A stretch of DNA of 64,000 nucleotides, from contig JBIIJN010000005.1 of assembly GCA_044233745.1 (NCBI GenBank), positions 223 through 64,222 on the forward strand, read 5' to 3'. The DNA comes from Crocinitomicaceae bacterium (GTDB lineage: Bacteria > Bacteroidota > Bacteroidia > Flavobacteriales_D > Crocinitomicaceae). Positions 59,781-64,000 of the stretch are shown here, in pieces. A program made the position numbers and the translations under genes. The number at the start of each line of letters is the position of its first letter. Position 1 is the stretch's first letter. The notes under the pieces were generated by a model. It was not told the origin of the DNA and did not search any database. It saw nothing but the letters and a program-made list of their open reading frames with translations.

Positions 59781-60248
59781 ATGCGTCTGGAAAAAAGAGG
59801 CACCGAAATTCCAATTGACCAGGAATCTCCATTATATCGCATTTGCCCGCAGTGTATTGACGAATTCATGGCGGAAACGGAGCAAGATGTCTACTGTTGT
59901 ACAAAATGCAAAGACGATTTCAATAATGCTAAAAAGGCACGGAAAAAACTTAATCTACAAAAGGAAGAACGATCCGTTGAACCAGCACCTGACACACCAT
60001 TTGTTGAAGATCTAAAAACGAACTTGCAAATGAACATAGATATACTCGAACAAATTTTCAACGGCAACCCTGAAGGCAATTATGCGACCTTCGAAGAACT
60101 TGATAAACTCGGGTTTGACCTTAACTCCAATAACGGACAGTGCATGCTATACAACACGCCAGATCCCGATGAATGCGCTTTTGTAGTATACGGCCCATTT
60201 CGTCTTTACTGGATCACTTTTGATACCGTATTAATTGTTAAACCATAA
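59781..60248 (+). CDS. hypothetical zinc-ribbon protein
   Basis: ATG at 59781 (the track start is GTG). CPQC...CCTKC is a four-Cys ribbon, followed by a basic stretch. Confidence 0.45.
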   Translation: MRLEKRGTEIPIDQESPLYRICPQCIDEFMAETEQDVYCCTKCKDDFNNAKKARKKLNLQKEERSVEPAPDTPFVEDLKTNLQMNIDILEQIFNGNPEGNYATFEELDKLGFDLNSNNGQCMLYNTPDPDECAFVVYGPFRLYWITFDTVLIVKP

Positions 60249-60259
60249 ATATATCAATC

Positions 60260-60448
60260 ATGTTAAATTACAACGACATCAACAAACTTTTTGGGAAACC
60301 GCTTAGCCTAGTAGCAAAACCGAAGACTCCATTTCAACTGAAATTATGGCATGTGGCACTTGTCGGTGCAGTCGGATATTTTGCACTCAAAGGTATAGTA
60401 TACTCCATTCAGGAAAAATCAATTCGAATCCGAAGGAAGGAAGATTGA
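60260..60448 (+). CDS. small single-TM protein (62 aa)
   Basis: One hydrophobic helix (LWHVALVGAVGYFALKGIVY) and a basic tail. It starts 11 nt after the previous ORF. Confidence 0.35.
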   Translation: MLNYNDINKLFGKPLSLVAKPKTPFQLKLWHVALVGAVGYFALKGIVYSIQEKSIRIRRKED

Positions 60449-61060
60449 GTTTGTGGTGATAATTTTGATAAAATTAAACACGCAGTTTTTTCCATTACTT
60501 AATTGTTGTTGATTAGAATTTATGCTATTCATAAGTTAGGCTTTGCCTCGCACTGTAAATAGCTGACCAAGTTTGAATTCGAGGTAGTGCTATTTTCCAT
60601 CAAAGAGCTTGCTTAAATTGTAGGCGTTGAAGCCAAATACAACAAATCATCCATCATTATCAGCAAATAAACCCCCATTTCACAGCGGTGAACCAAATCA
60701 TAGGAGAAGGAGGAGCAGTAAACGTAATTTTAGCAGACTCGTTCATACACACTAAAGAATCGAACTCTTGTGCGTGTCACTTCAAAAAAACAGAAAAATA
60801 AAAAGATAACATTAATTTTATGCCATTAAATCAACAAAAAAAGTGGTGCCATACGATGAATTTAGTAGCACAGTTTGGCAGGTGGAGAAAGTGTGCTTCG
60901 CTAAATTTTGATTTCTTCATGATTTTTTTGATTGATTAAAATTAAAAACTATACTTTTAATTATTTAAAAAATCAGTCCTATACTAACACTAATTTGCAA
61001 ACTGTCAAAAAAGTCAGCCAGGTTCAAAATTAACCTGCTCAAACATATATTCTATAAATA

Positions 61061-63220
61061 ATGAAACGTATCATCGTCGGATTAAGTATACTAGTCCTCT
61101 TTTTTAATCAAATTGTATCGGCACAAAATGAACCTAAACCACCTGTTTTTAAGGTTTCTTTTAGCAATAATTCGCCTAAAACGGGTGACATAATAGACGT
61201 TATCATCAAATGTGATATTCCTGATGGTTTGCACATGTATAGTACCAATAGTAAATGCGACATAGGTCCTATCCCTTTCAGTGCTATTTTCAAAGAAAAT
61301 AAGTCTTTTTGCCTTCAAGGTACTCTCAAAAGTGTGGGTGATAAAGTAAAAATGGACGAAGTTTTTAATTGTGAAGTGGGTGAATTTGTGAAAAAAGCTG
61401 AGTTTAGACAAAAAATTAAAGTACTCTCTAATGATTTAAAAGTTACACTTACCGTTGAAGGACAGTGGTGTACAGAAATAGCTTGTTTTAATTTTGGTTC
61501 TTTAATTCCAATCTCTTTAACAGGTCAATTAAAAGCAACCGGCACCCCTGTTTTATGTGACAACAAAACAACCGAAACTTCTCCTACACTAGTTGTGCCT
61601 GAGGAAGTTCCCGCTGTTGATTCAACCATTAAAACGGATACTACAAAATCACCTGTAGTTCCAAGTAAGTCAAGTGCATCCTACCGTTTAACTCCTGAAA
61701 ATAGTTCACAACCATGCCTTAATAAAACCTTTAACGGCTTGTCTTCTGAAACACAAAATGAAAACAATTGGGGACTTTTTGTAATTGCCTTCCTTTCTGG
61801 TTTAGCCGGTTTGTTAACACCATGCGTGTTTCCTATGATTCCCATGACTATTTCTTTTTTCATGAAAGACAACAAAAGCAAAAACAAAACCATAATCAAT
61901 GGTTTGTTTTTTGGTATTTCGATAATATTAATTTATGTATTATTAGGTAGTGTAGTTTCTGCACTTTTAGGCCCTGATGCGGGTAATTTTCTTTCTACCC
62001 ATTGGGTTCCCAATATTATTTTCTTTACTGTTTTTATGGTGTTTGCTTTTTCGTTTTTCGGGGCATTCGAAATTATGCTACCTTCATGGTTGTCAAACAA
62101 GGCTGACCTTGAGGCCGATAAAGGTGGTTTTTATGGCATCTTTTTTATGGCACTTACCTTAGCAATTGTCTCTTTTTCTTGTACAGGTCCTATTGTAGGA
62201 AATGTAATTGTAGAAAGTGCGAAAGGTGGTTCTCCCGTTCGCCCTATTGTTGCTATGTTTGGTTTCGGATTGGCCTTTGCATTGCCGTTTACCATTTTTG
62301 CTATCTTCCCTCATTTATTAAAAAGTTTACCTAAAAGTGGTGGATGGTTAAATTCTGTTAAAGTGGTTTTTGGTTTTTTGGAATTGGCATTGGCACTCAA
62401 ATTTTTAAGTATAATCGACCAAACTTATCATTGGCATTTGTTGGATAGAGAGGTTTATTTGAGTTTATGGATTATCATTTTTGGTTTAATGGGTGTTTAC
62501 TTATTGGGTAAAATAAAATTTGCGCATGACAGTGAATTAAAATTCTTAGGAGTACCCCGATTGTTGTTTACTGTATTGACATTCTCTTTTGTAATATACA
62601 TGATTCCTGGTTTGTGGGGCGCACCTCTGAAAGCTTTAGCTGGATATCTACCTCCTATGAGTACTCAAGATTTTGACATTAATCGTTCGTTGAGAGAAGT
62701 TAATGGTGTTAAAGGAAACATGTGTTCAAAACCAAGTTATGTCAACGACTTACATATTCCTCATGGGCTCAATGCCTATTTTGATTATGAAGAGGCAGTG
62801 GCTTGTTCTAAGGAACTTAAAAAACCTTTGTTCATCGATTTTACAGGGCACGGTTGTGTTAATTGCAGAAAGATGGAAGAATTGGTTTGGAGCGACCCTA
62901 GAGTGCTTAAACTATTAAATGAAGAGTTTGTTATAGCTTCCCTTTTTGTGGATGACAAAAAAATAAAGCTGCCTGAATATGACTATTTTATTGGAAAGTT
63001 CAGTCAACAAAAAATCACTACTTTGGGTAAGAAAAATGCTGAAATACAAATTTGTTATTTTAATTCTTCGTCACAACCCATGTACTGTTTATTGGATAAC
63101 AACGAGGAATTACTTAGAAAGCCTGAAGGTAGTGAAATCAACAAAAAACAATTTGATACCGAAGAGTTCTTAAAGTTTTTAGAGGAAGGTGTTAAGGAGT
63201 TTAAAAAAAGAAACAAATAA
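61061..63220 (+). CDS. dsbD: thiol:disulfide interchange protein DsbD family
   Basis: Signal peptide and a DsbD-alpha-like N-terminal domain. The central TM core has Cys motifs (TPCVFPMIP, FSCTGPIVG). The C-terminal thioredoxin fold carries GHGCVNCRKME. Confidence 0.85.
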   Translation: MKRIIVGLSILVLFFNQIVSAQNEPKPPVFKVSFSNNSPKTGDIIDVIIKCDIPDGLHMYSTNSKCDIGPIPFSAIFKENKSFCLQGTLKSVGDKVKMDEVFNCEVGEFVKKAEFRQKIKVLSNDLKVTLTVEGQWCTEIACFNFGSLIPISLTGQLKATGTPVLCDNKTTETSPTLVVPEEVPAVDSTIKTDTTKSPVVPSKSSASYRLTPENSSQPCLNKTFNGLSSETQNENNWGLFVIAFLSGLAGLLTPCVFPMIPMTISFFMKDNKSKNKTIINGLFFGISIILIYVLLGSVVSALLGPDAGNFLSTHWVPNIIFFTVFMVFAFSFFGAFEIMLPSWLSNKADLEADKGGFYGIFFMALTLAIVSFSCTGPIVGNVIVESAKGGSPVRPIVAMFGFGLAFALPFTIFAIFPHLLKSLPKSGGWLNSVKVVFGFLELALALKFLSIIDQTYHWHLLDREVYLSLWIIIFGLMGVYLLGKIKFAHDSELKFLGVPRLLFTVLTFSFVIYMIPGLWGAPLKALAGYLPPMSTQDFDINRSLREVNGVKGNMCSKPSYVNDLHIPHGLNAYFDYEEAVACSKELKKPLFIDFTGHGCVNCRKMEELVWSDPRVLKLLNEEFVIASLFVDDKKIKLPEYDYFIGKFSQQKITTLGKKNAEIQICYFNSSSQPMYCLLDNNEELLRKPEGSEINKKQFDTEEFLKFLEEGVKEFKKRNK

Positions 63221-63255
63221 ACGATGGAAAATACCAAATTGAACCCCTCCTATTA

Positions 63256-63828
63256 TTAGGACAATTTTATTGTAATATCCTGACCAAAAGAAATTAAGAT
63301 CTTAATAAATTCTCTGTTGGGAATGATTTTTATTCAAATTTCATAATAATGATCATTGATTTTCCTCATTGTTTGATTAGGGTGTATGGGCTTCGTCTGG
63401 ACAAACGGGAAAGTTTCTTTGTTGACATGTAAAATAATTTCTTGAGGGGGTTCGTCGTAACGAATTACGCCGATTATGTCGAAGAAGTAGTCATCCCAGT
63501 CGATTGAGCATTTTTCAAAATTTATTTCTTGATTGAGTTTTACATTTTTAATACGGTTGATGGGAAGATTAAAAGTTGTATGATGTTGATTTTGGTACTT
63601 CCCGAAGATGTGCCATCGATTCGCGTATTGTTTTAAATAGTGAGGATGAAGGGTAATAGCGTGTTTTTTATTTCGACAAAGGTTTCATAAATTGTTGTAG
63701 AAATCAATAACCACAATTGAAAAATCAGTTCTTTTCTATCAACTATTTTCCCAATAATTGAATATTTGAATCCTGCTGGGCACTCTCTGCAAGGTTGCAA
63801 ACAATTTTCCATATGGTGTTTCATCCAT
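63256..63828 (-). pseudogene. WYL-domain regulator remnant with four in-frame stop codons and no N-terminal HTH
   Basis: A single minus-strand frame reads ...YWENS**KRTDFSIVVIDFYNNL*NLCRNKKHAITLHPHYLKQYANRWHIFGKY...FNLPINRIKNV...DYFFDIIGV...VQTKPIHPNQ...HYYEI*IKIIPNREFIKILISFGQDITIKLS*. This is the WYL core plus C-terminal extension pattern of Bacteroidota WYL proteins. Confidence 0.55.
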
Positions 63829-63861
63829 AGTTTTGCCCAATAATAAATAAAAACAAAAATT

Positions 63862-64000
63862 ATGAACAACAAAAAAACAATATATCATTTTATAATCGAT
63901 AAAAGTGGGTCCATGGCAGGATTGGAACATCAGGTGGTATTAGGATTTAATACGCAGTTAGCAACCTTGAAAGAGTTAAAACAAATGTACCCTCAACAAG
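63862..64000 (+). CDS. vWA-domain protein, 5' part only (runs off the window)
   Basis: My own translation is MNNKKTIYHFIIDKSGSMAGLEHQVVLGFNTQLATLKELKQMYPQQ, which contains the MIDAS motif DxSGS. No stop codon occurs before the window end. Confidence 0.5.
   Translation, partial: MNNKKTIYHFIIDKSGSMAGLEHQVVLGFNTQLATLKELKQMYPQQ

Larger units (their letters stand above)
57063..60448. mobile_element. putative small integrative element next to tRNA-Val (boundaries uncertain)
   Basis: A serine recombinase convergent with and overlapping tRNA-Val, followed by four ORFs of unknown function and a 612-bp AT-rich non-coding stretch. No direct repeat marks the far end. Confidence 0.4.

Noticed and set aside
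60449-61060. Search for a second tRNA-Val 3' fragment or other direct repeat marking the far end of the island
   Set aside because: I found no copy of the tRNA 3' sequence, only a weak T-loop-like GAGTTCGATTC on the minus strand near 60750-60770 without acceptor pairing. Serine recombinases need only a 2-bp crossover, so absence of repeats is uninformative.
63633-63930. Track ORFs 63633-63872(-) and 63739-63930(-) as independent genes, and stop-codon reassignment as the explanation for the in-frame stops
   Set aside because: Both ORFs are pieces or out-of-frame shadows of the decayed WYL gene and overlap the vWA start. Neighbouring genes terminate normally at TGA, TAG and TAA, so recoding is much less likely than pseudogenisation.

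Overview
This is a low-GC chromosomal segment from a Bacteroidota genome, probably Flavobacteriia-like. Supporting signs are two giant proteins with T9SS C-terminal sorting domains, promoters of the TTG-N19-TAnnTTTG type, and typical housekeeping genes: lpxB, surE, serS, heme A synthase, an arginine-decarboxylase-like gene, DPP-IV, deoxynucleoside kinase, a GH3 hydrolase, an OmpA/TolB-like protein and SpoIID/LytB. I support about 55 CDS and two tRNAs: an initiator-type tRNA-Met(CAT) on the minus strand and tRNA-Val(TAC) on the plus strand. There is no rRNA and no CRISPR array. One sensory module is present: a sigma-54 response regulator, a FIST protein and a soluble hybrid histidine kinase. 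Accessory or unusual signals cluster at five places. (i) 42.17-42.65 kb: a GIY-YIG nuclease gene lies between an intact tRNA-fMet and an exact 53-nt copy of that tRNA's 3' part plus terminator. (ii) 56.9-61.0 kb: a large serine recombinase sits next to tRNA-Val, its ORF runs antisense into the tRNA, and unknown cargo genes follow. (iii) 13.15-13.9 kb: a family of ACTTTGNCAAAGT palindromes brackets a small lipoprotein gene, and a single RAYT-like HUH transposase gene lies at 37.6 kb. (iv) 53.5 kb: a roughly 150-nt three-helix inverted repeat. (v) 63.26-64.0 kb: a WYL-domain gene broken only by in-frame stop codons, next to the start of a vWA gene cut off by the window end. I did not recognise a known defence system or a clean novel multi-gene system. 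The most likely undescribed biology is the tRNA-fragment-capped GIY-YIG cassette and the serine-recombinase island. All functional names come from motif recognition by eye; no searches or computations were run.
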